A DNA stretch of 64,000 nt from an uncultured Verrucomicrobiae bacterium (GCA_963806855.1 CAWDYW010000001.1:416001-480000), one strand, 5' to 3'. Positions 1 to 9,785 are shown, counted from the first letter of the stretch. Made by a program: numbers and translations. The notes: generated from the sequence alone by a model not told the origin.

Positions 1-373
1 TGACCAGGTAATTGGCAGTGGGGCCCGAGAAGAGGACCTGAGGGGCATTCTGCTTGATGTATTCGCTGGAGGCATTGTACATCGCGAGACCAGTCGGGAA
101 CATCACGTAAATCGTGACGAGCATGGCAATGCCGTTGAGCACCTGGTTGGGAGGGGATTGCTGGACGCCGATCGCATTGCGTAAGAGAGAGAGGACGATC
201 ACCACCTTGAGATAGGAGGTGAGCAGCATCACAGCAAAGGGCAAGAGCGATAGGCCAGCCAAGACAGCGATCTGGGTGATCAGAGTCGGTGTCGCTGTTT
301 CAGGTAGGCCAGCCGGAGTTTGAGCCATCAGAGTTGAGGTGGCAAGCAGGAACAGGAAGAAAATTTTTTTCAT
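1..373 (-). CDS. sctR: Type III secretion export apparatus protein SctR (YscR/FliP family); 5' part, runs off the window
   Basis: Manual translation from ATG at 373 gives MKKIFFLF...LSLLPFAVMLLTSYLKVVIVLSLLRNAIGVQQSPPNQVLNGIA, the FliP/YscR signature; follows sctL. Confidence 0.93.
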   Translation of the reverse strand, partial: MKKIFFLFLLATSTLMAQTPAGLPETATPTLITQIAVLAGLSLLPFAVMLLTSYLKVVIVLSLLRNAIGVQQSPPNQVLNGIAMLVTIYVMFPTGLAMYNASSEYIKQNAPQVLFSGPTANYLV

Positions 374-382
374 AATACTATC

Positions 383-1009
383 TTATTCTGATTGCTGGTA
401 TTTTTCAAAGGCCCGTTCTAATGCGCGCCATTGATTTTCGATCGTCGCATTGATCATCCCCCCTTCGGTTTGGATGATGCAGCCCCCTCTTTCGATGTCG
501 GGCTTTTCTTGAATAGTCAAAATATCGCACTGTTGCAAGATCTCTTTTAGCTTCGGTTTTTCAGCATCGAGAATCTCTTTGTCTTCTCTGTGAACATAGA
601 TGGTCACTTTGCGGCTTTCAGAAATGGGAGCGATCGCTTGCATCACGATGTCGACAATCGTCTCAGGATGGATTTCGAGCTCCCTGGCGACGATCCTCTT
701 GGCCGCTTTTAGAGCGATCGGGAGCACCATTTGTTGGAGATTGTGTCTCAGAGCTTTGAGTTCATTATCGAGGAAGAAAATGTGCTCGTTGAACTTCTCA
801 AGCCCCTTCTGCATCCCCTCTTCCTCAGCATTCTTTCGAAGAGTTTGGCACTCCTTATCGGTATTCTGAAACAATTTAGCCACATCTTCTTGGGCCTTTT
901 CGAGGATCTGCATGGCCGAAACAAGTGTGCTATACTCTGAAGAGGGAATAGTCTTTTTATCGGTGGCAGGATGGACATCACCTTGATAGATTAGAGAAAA
1001 CAATTTCAC
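383..1009 (-). CDS. sctL: Type III secretion stator protein SctL (HrpE/YscL/FliH family)
   Basis: C-terminal GGCIIQTEGGMINATIENQW FliH/YscL motif; lies upstream of sctR. Confidence 0.92.
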   Translation of the reverse strand: MKLFSLIYQGDVHPATDKKTIPSSEYSTLVSAMQILEKAQEDVAKLFQNTDKECQTLRKNAEEEGMQKGLEKFNEHIFFLDNELKALRHNLQQMVLPIALKAAKRIVARELEIHPETIVDIVMQAIAPISESRKVTIYVHREDKEILDAEKPKLKEILQQCDILTIQEKPDIERGGCIIQTEGGMINATIENQWRALERAFEKYQQSE

Positions 1010-1866
1010 TGGCTCTCCTCCGGCTTTAGAAATAAGACGATTTTGTTGATCTGATCGGCGATAATTTGCTCTGCGCGAGCATGGATCGGTTTTTCATTGT
1101 ACTTGAGCAGCGAGGTTCCCAGATGCATATTGAGCCGTCTCGTCACAGTCCAGATTAAGCTTGGATCGGAGCCATAAAGGGCCAGGGCGAACCGATAGAG
1201 CCCCCGCTCTTCGATGATTTTCTGCAGATGTTCATGCGTCCCATCCCATTTCTCCAGAAATAGACGCTTAAAAGTGAGCGGTTCGCGGTGGAGCAAAAGG
1301 GTATTGAGATATTCTCCCTCTTTTTTTGGCAGAGAGCTAAACAATTTTTTGAGCGCAGCTGTCGCAATGATTTGGCGCATTTCAAAAGCGAGATCATGCA
1401 GCCCTAAAAAAGGGATAATCCGTTCGAAGACCGAAGAGGGAAGCGACAGCAGATAGTTGAGCGGATGATCGGGCAAAAAAGCATAGGGGACCAGCTCCTG
1501 ATTCTGGATCACCATCTGGTGCAAATGAGCCCGCAGGCACCGTTTGGAAAGGTGAGTCAACTCAGGGAGGTGATTGCCGAATCCCAATAAGCTTTCCAGT
1601 CCATGCATTTGGGGCTTCGAAAGGGCGGCGAGAAATAGTCGGATCTCATTTTCAGTCAGAGTCCGCAAGTAGGGGGCGATCCAGGTGAAGTGGACATGGT
1701 CGAGCAGATCCCAACTGAGATTGGCAGACTGAAGCGGCATGATGGGGGGCAATTCCCCAATATCGAGCTGCTCATTCCTAGGCAAAAGGGAGAGCAGCTC
1801 GCTCTGCAAATCTGCGGGGCACCGGTCCAAAAATCCCTTACATACCATCAATGCAGCGGTCTTCAT
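1006..1866 (-). CDS. T3SS-associated protein, CT560-like (putative SctK/CdsK sorting-platform adaptor)
   Basis: Sits between sctJ and sctL as in Chlamydia; 4-nt overlaps with both neighbours. Confidence 0.7.
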   Translation of the reverse strand: MKTAALMVCKGFLDRCPADLQSELLSLLPRNEQLDIGELPPIMPLQSANLSWDLLDHVHFTWIAPYLRTLTENEIRLFLAALSKPQMHGLESLLGFGNHLPELTHLSKRCLRAHLHQMVIQNQELVPYAFLPDHPLNYLLSLPSSVFERIIPFLGLHDLAFEMRQIIATAALKKLFSSLPKKEGEYLNTLLLHREPLTFKRLFLEKWDGTHEHLQKIIEERGLYRFALALYGSDPSLIWTVTRRLNMHLGTSLLKYNEKPIHARAEQIIADQINKIVLFLKPEESQ

Positions 1867-2756
1867 GGCCCTTCTTTGTGCTCTTCAGAATTGCGGAATG
1901 GAGCAGGCTTTAGGAGGTTTTTTAGGCCCCTCGAACGGAGAATGGGGTAGAACTTCCAGAGCATCCAGACAAGGAAGACGCCGAACACGACCATTGTGAA
2001 AATGAGAATGAAGAACAGCACTCTGAAGCGGGCCGCTGACGATTTGCTCATCACAATTGACCATATGCTCACATACTCCTTCGATTTGGGAGTGATGTCC
2101 TCTGGCAGTTGGTTGAGCGTAATGTCGGTGAAGCGGGAGCGGTCTGAGATCACCGTCACATCGTTGATATCCAAGTTGGGGACACTGGCCGAGACAAGAC
2201 GCTTAATCTTCGTCACCAAATGGCTGTTGGGATCGTCGAGAACCCCCTGATGCTTGACAAAGACGGCAGCAGTCGCTTTTTTCTTCACAGCGCCAGGCGT
2301 AGGAAAGGTCGTCTCTTCCGCAGGAATCGAGAGCTCCACATCAGCATCGATCACCCCGTCGATCTTCCGAATCGTGCCGGCGATCTGGGCGGCGAGCCCT
2401 GCTTGGTAACGGATCGTCTCTTCAGTTGCCGAAGAAATCAAGCCCGACTTGGCGAAGATATCGAGTAGGCTGACCGTTTGCTTGCGTGGGAGACCGATCC
2501 GGTTGAGAATCGACATCGCCTCGACCTCTTGTTTTTCAGGTACAGCGATGCTCCACAGCATCCCAGTCGTTGTCGCACCCGGCCCAGCAGCAGCAGCAGA
2601 CTCTTGTTTTACAGCAGTTACCCCTTTGCTCGACAAGTAAACGACAATTTCATTAGCTTCCCTTTCGGGGACATCATTGACAATAACCTTTAAGTTTTCA
2701 CAACTCGTGAGGAAAATAAGCGTTACGAATAAAAATAGTTTAGATAAGAGTTTCAT
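1863..2756 (-). CDS. sctJ: Type III secretion inner-membrane ring lipoprotein SctJ
   Basis: Lipobox LTSC, EREANEIVVYL, GLPR, IDGVIDADV, and a C-terminal TM helix. Confidence 0.95.
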   Translation of the reverse strand: MKLLSKLFLFVTLIFLTSCENLKVIVNDVPEREANEIVVYLSSKGVTAVKQESAAAAGPGATTTGMLWSIAVPEKQEVEAMSILNRIGLPRKQTVSLLDIFAKSGLISSATEETIRYQAGLAAQIAGTIRKIDGVIDADVELSIPAEETTFPTPGAVKKKATAAVFVKHQGVLDDPNSHLVTKIKRLVSASVPNLDINDVTVISDRSRFTDITLNQLPEDITPKSKEYVSIWSIVMSKSSAARFRVLFFILIFTMVVFGVFLVWMLWKFYPILRSRGLKNLLKPAPFRNSEEHKEGP

Positions 2757-2798
2757 AGTTTTTTGTCCCCTCTCTACCCAGAATGCAAGAGAAAAGAA

Positions 2799-3770
2799 TT
2801 AATGGCAATTCATGAAATTTTTTGAACGACCTGGGCCAAAACGGCGCATGATATAATCTTTAATCCCGAAGAGGGTCGCATTATAACGGGTGATTTTATC
2901 ATTATTTCGCTGCGATTTCTTTCCTAGAACTAATTGATTGGTTTGCCAGAATAATCTGGAGAGATAAAAAATAGACATATTTTTCCCGATCAACTTTAAC
3001 AAATAATAGAACCGCTTAGGACCGTTAAAGTTCCGCTCAATCCATAAAAGTCGATTGCGCCAAAAAAAGTAGGTAGTGTGGGCTTTGCCGCCTGTGAAAG
3101 AGGCCGAGACCTTATGCCACAAACGTGCTTTCGGATAGCTCATCACCTCGAAGCCTGCCCTTTTTGCTCTGAAACAGAAATCGGTCTCTTCCCAAAATAG
3201 AAAAAAGCGGGGGTCGAACATGCCGACTGTTTCAAAGACTGCCCGGTGAACCATGATCCCTGCCCCACAGACATAGTCAAGCACAAACGCCTCTTCCCAC
3301 GTCTTTTGATCATCGAGTTGATGGTATCCTATATAATCAAAATCGAGCCGTTTGGGATTCCATCTTCCCCCAAAATGATCAAAGCGGTCTGGCTCATTCA
3401 TCAGATAGATCTTGGAGCCTAAAATTCCAGCGGCAGGGGATTGCCTAAAGCCCTCCATAAAAGCCTCAATGATGCCCGGATCCACCACAGTATCGTTATT
3501 CAGAATGAAGAGATATTCAATCGGCCGCTTGAGAGCATAGATAATGCCGACATTGTTTCCGCCGGCATAGCCCAAATTTTCCCCTGTTTCAATGAGAGTG
3601 CACTCGGGGAAGTGACACTTAAAATACTCTTGCGAGCCATCAGTTGAGCCATTGTCGACCAGAATGATTTCAATGTCTTGATAGGTGAGCTTTTGGAGGG
3701 ACTGAAGACACTTAATCGTATCGTTTTTCCCATTCCAGTTGAGGACAATAATTCCAACTTTATTTGACAC
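2799..3770 (-). CDS. Glycosyltransferase family 2
   Basis: IIVLNWNG, VDNGSTDGS, NLGYAGGNN, LNNDT and FLFWEETDFC motifs. Confidence 0.93.
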   Translation of the reverse strand: MSNKVGIIVLNWNGKNDTIKCLQSLQKLTYQDIEIILVDNGSTDGSQEYFKCHFPECTLIETGENLGYAGGNNVGIIYALKRPIEYLFILNNDTVVDPGIIEAFMEGFRQSPAAGILGSKIYLMNEPDRFDHFGGRWNPKRLDFDYIGYHQLDDQKTWEEAFVLDYVCGAGIMVHRAVFETVGMFDPRFFLFWEETDFCFRAKRAGFEVMSYPKARLWHKVSASFTGGKAHTTYFFWRNRLLWIERNFNGPKRFYYLLKLIGKNMSIFYLSRLFWQTNQLVLGKKSQRNNDKITRYNATLFGIKDYIMRRFGPGRSKNFMNCH

Positions 3771-3920
3771 TAGACCTCTAGCATTACTTAGGTTCTGTCG
3801 ATTTTCAGGTTCTTTTGAGCCGATTTTCGATTCAAACTGCAGGGGTAATATCGGCTCCGTGCATATGACCCCTGCGGTTTGAATCGAAAATCGACGAACC
3901 CTAAGTTATGCAAGTGGTCA
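3771..3920. repeat. ~150-bp palindromic element (MITE/RPE-like) filling the pyrE-GT2 spacer
   Basis: Terminal IR GACCTCTAGCATTACTTAGGTTC / GAACCCTAAGTTATGCAAGTGGTC. Inner stem CGATTTTCGATTCAAAC..GCAGGGGTAATAT / ATATGACCCCTGC..GTTTGAATCGAAAATCG (3821-3893). Confidence 0.8.
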
Positions 3921-4496
3921 GCTTTCTAAGAAGTCATTAGCAAGCTTAAAGTTGTCCCCAGCTAGCTTACCTGCGCCATAGAGAATTTGCAGCACCTCTT
4001 TCATTCCGATGACTGCATGGGGGACATAACCGCGGCTTTTAATTTTCTTCTTTCCCCCGAGCTCATAATCGATAAACGCGAGGCTGTCGATTACTTTAAT
4101 TCCCTCTTCCTCGAGATCCTCGATTGTCTCCAATGTATGGATTCCTGAAAGGTAGACATCTTGGATCACTAAGCAACTTTGCCCTGTTTTATAACTTCCC
4201 TCAATTTTATGCACCTTTCCTTTTACTTCCTGGCGGCGCAGCACAAGATGCAGCCCCTTTTCCCAAGCTATGTAGCTTGCGAGGCATGTCCCAAATAGTG
4301 GCACGCCGCAGAGTAGGTCGAAGGAGAGGTGATGGGCCTTCTCAAACAGCGCATTGCAAACCCCTTTTGCCGCCGATGCATTCGAAATAATGACCGAAAA
4401 ATCGATCTGAAAAGGGGAGAAGAAATCCTTCTTGATTTCAAAGTTCCCAAACTTGATTGCCCCAATCGAGTGGAGCTTTAAGACTAAATCCTTCAC
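3918..4496 (-). CDS. pyrE: Orotate phosphoribosyltransferase-like protein with divergent motifs
   Basis: LHSIGAIKFGNF, CGVP and PRT-fold layout; the PRPP loop reads IQDVYLSGIHT. Confidence 0.7.
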   Translation of the reverse strand: MKDLVLKLHSIGAIKFGNFEIKKDFFSPFQIDFSVIISNASAAKGVCNALFEKAHHLSFDLLCGVPLFGTCLASYIAWEKGLHLVLRRQEVKGKVHKIEGSYKTGQSCLVIQDVYLSGIHTLETIEDLEEEGIKVIDSLAFIDYELGGKKKIKSRGYVPHAVIGMKEVLQILYGAGKLAGDNFKLANDFLES

Positions 4497-7400
4497 TTCC
4501 TATCTTTTCCTACGGTAGAGGGCGCAGTATCTCCCCCATTATTGCTAGTGCCAGGAGTTGCTGCAACGGAGTTTCCCTTCATGGCTACAAGAGTTCGTTT
4601 AATATCATTGACCTCAGCAGTGACAACCTCTTTTTGCGCCCGCGCCAATGCTGCTTGAGCTCGTTCAACATCTGCCAATGCCTTAGCTAAGTCAACCTCT
4701 CTTTGTAACTTCTCAGTTAAAACTGGCTCCCCTCGCGGAGTCACTGCACGAGCCTGTTGTTTTTGCTCTAATCCGGTACGATATTTAGCGAGTTTTTGCT
4801 CTTCTTCGATTTTTAGTCGTTGCTCTTCTGCGATTTTAGTTTTGTTGTCTGCAGCCTCTCTATTCAGTCTTTCGATTTGCTCTCTAGCTTCGGCCACTGT
4901 TGCAGGAGGAGGAGCTGTAGGTCTTTTTTTCCTGAGAGTAGTAGTTGCGGAGGGTTTCGCTTCCGATCCAACTTGGGAATGGTCTGCTGAAGATTTTGAA
5001 CGCTCGAGCTCTGCCGTTTTTTCTTCGAGTTGGCTCCTCAATCTTGCCATGTCCTCTTTTGCACGTTCGAGTTCACTAGAGAGTTGGCGTTTGGCTTGAG
5101 TTTGATTTTCGAGTTCAACTTGTAGCTTAGGATCTCTTTCAGCACTGCGCTTTAAGGCTTCAAGCATTGAGGCTTGGTATGCAATGTGTTTTTGCCTATC
5201 ATCAAGATCTTCTCTCACACCGAGCAATTGGGCTTTGGCAATCTCAAGATCTCTTTCGATGTCCCTTTTGGCTTCAGTTTGCCTTTCAAGCTCAGTGATT
5301 CTGCTTTGCTTAGCTGCAAGAGCTTCCCTCACGCCTGACAATTCACCTCTGGCAGTAGCAAGAGCTTCAGAGAGTTGGCGATTGGCTGCAGTCTGCCTTT
5401 CAAGCTCAGCGATTCTGCTTTGCTTAGCTTCAAGATCTTCCCTTACGCCTGACAATTCAGCTCTGGCAGTCTTAAGTTCTTGCTCTGTTTGGCCTTTGGA
5501 TGCAGTCTGCTGTTCAAGTACTGCAATTTGTCTTTGCTTATCTTCAGTATGGCTTCTGAGTGCTTCAATTTCTCTTTGCTGACGTTCAATAACTGACCTC
5601 TCGCCCGTCAATATACCCGTAAGGTTTTGAGAGAGTTGGCTATTGGTTGCAGACTGTTCTTCAAGTGCCGCAATTCTGTTTTCCTTAGCAGCAAGAGCTT
5701 CCCTCACCCCATCCAATTCAGCTCTGGCAGTAATAAGGGCTTGTTCTGTTTCGGCTTTGGATGCAGTCTGTTCTGAAAGTGCAGCAATTTGTCTTTGCTT
5801 AGCATCGAGATCTTCTCTCACACCTTGCAATTCAGCTCTGGCAGTAATAAGGGCTTGTTCGGTTTGCCCTTTGGATGCAGTTAGCGCTTCGAGGTCCGCA
5901 ACTTGTTTTTGCTTACCTTCGAGGGCTTCTCTTACACCGCGTAATTCTTCTGTGGCAGCAAGCAGGGCTCGTTCAGTTTGACCTTTTGATGCAGTCTGTT
6001 CTTGAAGTGCTGCAATTTGTCTTTGCTTACCTTCAAGATCTTCCCTTACTCCGCGCAATTCAGCTCTGGCAGACTCAAGGTCTTGAGAGAGTTGGCTATT
6101 GGCTGCAGTCTTCTCTTCGAGTACAGCAATTCTGCTTTGCTTAGCATCGAGGTCTTGTCGGACTCCTTGCAATTCAGCTCTGGCCGCATTAAGAGCTACA
6201 GAGAGTTCGCTATTGGATGCAGTCTTCTCTTCGAGTAGGGCAATTTGTTTTTGCTTAGCTTCAAGAGCTTCTCTTACACCGCGTAATTCAGCTGTGGCGG
6301 TTTTAAGGTCTTGCTCAGTTTGGCTTTTGGATTCAGTCTGCTTTTCGAGTACTGCAATTCTGCTTTGCTTAGCATCGAGTTCTTGTCGGACTCCTTGCAA
6401 TTCAGCTCTGGCAGTAATAAGGGCTTGTTCAGTTTTGCCTTTGGAAGCAGTCTGCTCTTCAAGTGTTGCAATTTGTCTTTGCTTACCTTCAAGATCTTTC
6501 CTCACTCCTTGCAATTCGGTTCTGGCAGCATCAAGGTTCAGAGAGAGTTCGCTATTGGCTGCAGTCTGTTCTAAAAGTGCTGCAATTCTTGTTTCCCTAG
6601 CCGCGAGATCTCCCCTCACTCCATCCAATTCAGCTCTGGCAGCAATAAGCTCTTGTTCAGTTTTGCCTTTGGAAGCAGTCTGTTTTTCGAGTTCTGCAAT
6701 TTGTCTTTGCTTAGCATCCAGGGATTCTCTTACACCGCGTAATTCCTCTCTCGCAGTAATAAGCTCTTGTTCAGTTTTGCCTTTGGATGCAGTTTGCGCT
6801 TCGAGTTCCGCAATTTGTCTTTGCTTACCTTCAAGAGCTTCTCTTACACCGCGCAATTCAGCTCTGGCAGTAATAAGCTCTTGCTCAGTTTGGGCTTTGG
6901 ATGCAGTTTGCGCTTCAAGTTCTCCAATTTGTCTTTGCTTACCTTCAAGAGCTTCCCTCACTGAGCGCAATTCGGCACTGGCAGAAACAAGAGCTCGTTC
7001 GGTTTCGCTTTTAGATGCAGTTTGCGCTTCAAGTTCTGCAATTTGTCTTTGCTTACCTTCAAGAGCTTCCCTCACTCCATCCAATTCAGCTCTGGCAGCA
7101 ATCAAGGCTTGTTCTGTTTCGGCTTTGGATGCAGTTTGTGCTGCAAGTGCTTCAAGCTGACTTTCCTTTACTTGGAGTTGACCATTCAATTGTTCCAAAT
7201 CGGCCAGTGCTGACGCAAGCTGTCCGGAGAGGCTGCCGTTGTTTACTCTAGATTCCTCGAGAGCTGCAACTATTCCTTCTTTCTCAGCGACTTGCCCTCT
7301 TAGAGATTCCAGATCCCTGTTTGCGGCCCCAAGCTTTTCAGCAAGTTCTCCGTTCGATCTCTTCAGAGGTTCAAGTTCGCCTTTTGCTGCCTCGAGATCT

Positions 7401-8272
7401 TTTGCGAGCTTCGAGTTTCTATCTCTCAATTGCTCGAGTTCTGCAAGTTTGCCTTCTTTATCGTCCAATTGACGTCTCAAAGCTACAAGCTCAGCACCCG
7501 CAGCAAGCTCCTTCTGAGGGTCTGCTTTGGGGCCTTTCTGTAGCTTGAGTGCTCCAAGTTCACGGTCTTTTGCTTCGACTTGACCTTTTAATGCTTCGAG
7601 GTCTCTTTTTGCCGCTGCGAATAGTCGTTTTTGAGTATCGACTGCATCATTCAACCCTTTCCAGGCCGCTGCACAAGGATCGCTTTCTACATCAATAGGA
7701 ACACTCTCAAGGAGATCTTCAAGCTCATCAACTTTTACAATGGCTTGCAATTGACGATTGATGTCTTGAACACCATCAGTGATGGTCTTGAGAGCAGAAT
7801 TCAATTTCTCGACATCGATTGTTCCTTTTGAAGATGCCAAAAGATCTAGACAGGTTCGAACGGCGACGACACCCTTTGCGCCAGAAAGTTCAGACTTGGA
7901 TATTTCTCGAATTCTTTGACGATATACTTCAACCCAATCTTTAGCAGCATTTACCCCAAATACAAGCCCACCGAAACCAAAGAGTTTAAGGCTATTTGAG
8001 TCGGCGCGATTTGCTAAAGCTAAGGCGGCTAATACCACGCCTCCTATCGTATTGCCCAGGGCTGATGTAATCGTCACTCCTCGATCAGCACGGGTAACAG
8101 GAATTTTATTTTGTGTGAGTAGAGGTTGTGCTTCATCAAGTGGTTGTAGGTCCTGATTTGATGTAGTGCTCATTACTCCTCGATCAGCAGGGATAAGAGG
8201 AACTTTATCTTGTTCGAGTAGAGGTTGTGTTTCTCCAACTGGTTGCAGGCTTAGACCTGATGTAGTGCTCAT
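4493..8272 (-). CDS. Inc-like membrane-anchored giant coiled-coil protein (putative T3SS effector)
   Basis: Likely start ATG 8272 after a GGAGA RBS (ORF track starts at 8323). Bilobed hydrophobic segment TITSALG...GLVFGVNAA, then long Ala/Glu/Leu/Gln repeats. Confidence 0.8.
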   Translation of the reverse strand: MSTTSGLSLQPVGETQPLLEQDKVPLIPADRGVMSTTSNQDLQPLDEAQPLLTQNKIPVTRADRGVTITSALGNTIGGVVLAALALANRADSNSLKLFGFGGLVFGVNAAKDWVEVYRQRIREISKSELSGAKGVVAVRTCLDLLASSKGTIDVEKLNSALKTITDGVQDINRQLQAIVKVDELEDLLESVPIDVESDPCAAAWKGLNDAVDTQKRLFAAAKRDLEALKGQVEAKDRELGALKLQKGPKADPQKELAAGAELVALRRQLDDKEGKLAELEQLRDRNSKLAKDLEAAKGELEPLKRSNGELAEKLGAANRDLESLRGQVAEKEGIVAALEESRVNNGSLSGQLASALADLEQLNGQLQVKESQLEALAAQTASKAETEQALIAARAELDGVREALEGKQRQIAELEAQTASKSETERALVSASAELRSVREALEGKQRQIGELEAQTASKAQTEQELITARAELRGVREALEGKQRQIAELEAQTASKGKTEQELITAREELRGVRESLDAKQRQIAELEKQTASKGKTEQELIAARAELDGVRGDLAARETRIAALLEQTAANSELSLNLDAARTELQGVRKDLEGKQRQIATLEEQTASKGKTEQALITARAELQGVRQELDAKQSRIAVLEKQTESKSQTEQDLKTATAELRGVREALEAKQKQIALLEEKTASNSELSVALNAARAELQGVRQDLDAKQSRIAVLEEKTAANSQLSQDLESARAELRGVREDLEGKQRQIAALQEQTASKGQTERALLAATEELRGVREALEGKQKQVADLEALTASKGQTEQALITARAELQGVREDLDAKQRQIAALSEQTASKAETEQALITARAELDGVREALAAKENRIAALEEQSATNSQLSQNLTGILTGERSVIERQQREIEALRSHTEDKQRQIAVLEQQTASKGQTEQELKTARAELSGVREDLEAKQSRIAELERQTAANRQLSEALATARGELSGVREALAAKQSRITELERQTEAKRDIERDLEIAKAQLLGVREDLDDRQKHIAYQASMLEALKRSAERDPKLQVELENQTQAKRQLSSELERAKEDMARLRSQLEEKTAELERSKSSADHSQVGSEAKPSATTTLRKKRPTAPPPATVAEAREQIERLNREAADNKTKIAEEQRLKIEEEQKLAKYRTGLEQKQQARAVTPRGEPVLTEKLQREVDLAKALADVERAQAALARAQKEVVTAEVNDIKRTLVAMKGNSVAATPGTSNNGGDTAPSTVGKDRK
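5175..7135 (-). repeat. ~17 tandem 114-bp (38-aa) coding repeats
   Basis: Unit approximately TASKGQTEQALITARAELxGVREDLEGKQRQIAELEEQ, visible in both DNA and protein. Confidence 0.93.
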
Positions 8273-8314
8273 TTCAATTCTCCAATTTGTACGGTCAGTT
8301 TCAATAATGCGTAT

Positions 8315-8343
8315 AGTGTACAAATCGAAGCGATTGATGAGAA
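8315..8343 (-). promoter_or_regulatory. Sigma66/70-like promoter, copy 1
   Basis: TTCTCA-N17-TACACT, conserved upstream of three paralogous starts. Confidence 0.55.
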
Positions 8344-8352
8344 GAAAAAATG

Positions 8353-8436
8353 TTAGACTGTTGCGTACAGCGAGAGTTTGACTGCTGCATCGTAGACTGC
8401 GTCGGGCCCTATTTGATAGAGGCAGAATGGCTCTGC
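8353..8436 (-). pseudogene. Duplicated 3' remnant of the GT9 gene (last 27 codons plus stop)
   Basis: Encodes AEPFCLYQIGPDAVYDAAVKLSLYATV*, identical in protein to 12303-12386, with 4 nucleotide differences. Confidence 0.9.
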
Positions 8437-8462
8437 TCGCTTAAAATTGTACAAAGTTGAGG

Positions 8463-9742
8463 TTAGTCATCATCACCTACGTCTCTTTCATCTATAGTCT
8501 TGTAGTTTACAAAATTGGTATAGAGTTGATCCAGACACTCGAGTGGCTCTTCTGTAATGGGTTCTTCGGTATCTTTGATTTGCCTAAAGAGCTCAACGAC
8601 CCCTCTTCGCAAATCAGCATCGAGACCTTTCGGTATTAGGGCAGGAAGCAGTATTTCAAACTGCTCAACGGTGATCGCTTGTAGGAAGGTCGTTTTATAA
8701 TTGATGTAATTTTTTAACCCAAACTTGGCAGCGAAATACTGGTCTCTTAACAAATCCTGAATCTGATTTTTTGGGCCAAAGCAAGCTTCGATATCTTCGA
8801 GATCCTGTTTCTTTGTTAGATTTCTGATGATGCGATTATCGTTTAAAAGTCTAATGATCGTATCTGCTTTAAATTTTTTGAGATTGATTAAATCAGTGAT
8901 AAATTTCGTAAACGCGCTCGGCTGTTTTGTCATCTCAAAGGCAATTCGAGGAAAATAATCTGAAACTAGATTCTTAAGAGCTTGAAGTCGAGGTCTTAAA
9001 TTTTCGTCACAATCGCGGCTTGATTCTAGAATGGGTTTCATCTCGTTACAGAAACTGATGATGACTCTGCTCACCATCGGGATATTGTGTTTGAGAAGGT
9101 CTGCAGCACCATAAGCTTTTAAGTTCTGAGTGAGATCCACCCTCATGAGATAGATGGCTTTGGTAACCGCTTCATTTTGATCTTGCAGCTTACCCATGAG
9201 GCCCTTTTTGCGAAGTTCCTCATTTAGCGCTATGCAGAACGATTTATAGTTCATCTTGTGCTTGTCAATGAGTTGCTTTACTTTTGTTGGATCATAAAAA
9301 GCGGCTTGGACACAAGCGCTTAAAAATACTTGAAAATGCGCAGCAAAAGCTCTTGCGTTGGCTTTCGAATCATCGAACATACTATGAATGATTTCAAAAA
9401 CAACTACCTTTTTCTTTCTTTTGCTAATGGGTCTCTTATTGGAGGAGTAACGACACCGAAGTCCACAGGAATTTGTTCGAGAGCCATCTTGCCAGTTTTT
9501 TGTAGATACACCCTTGTCCAATAATAAGCTGCACTTGTTCCAAGCACTAACCCAATTGCCCTAAAGAGTTTGACATTAGTTGAGTTCTGGTTTGCTAAAC
9601 TTAAGGCGACCGATGCCACGCTTCCTAAAGTTGTTCCAACCGCTGATATAATCATCCATCTACGATCAGAGTAGGTAACAGGAACTTGTTCTTGTGCAAG
9701 TAAAGGTGCTCTATCTCCTACTCTTTGCATGTCTACTCTCAT
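8463..9742 (-). pseudogene. Inc-like effector paralog split by a 1-nt deletion (pseudogene, slippage or sequencing error)
   Basis: ORF 9404-9742 matches the N-terminus and ORF 8463-9521 the body of the 9915-12236 protein. The T-run at 9409-9413 has 5 T versus 6 in the paralog. Confidence 0.8.
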
Positions 9743-9785
9743 TTCAATTCTCCTATTTGTACGGTCAGTTTTCAATAATGCGTAT

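Noticed and set aside
4842..7548. Long + strand ORFs (e.g. 6099-7160, 353 aa)
   Set aside because: They are antisense shadows of the repetitive coiled-coil gene, with Ser/Ala/Cys/Leu-biased composition and no RBS.
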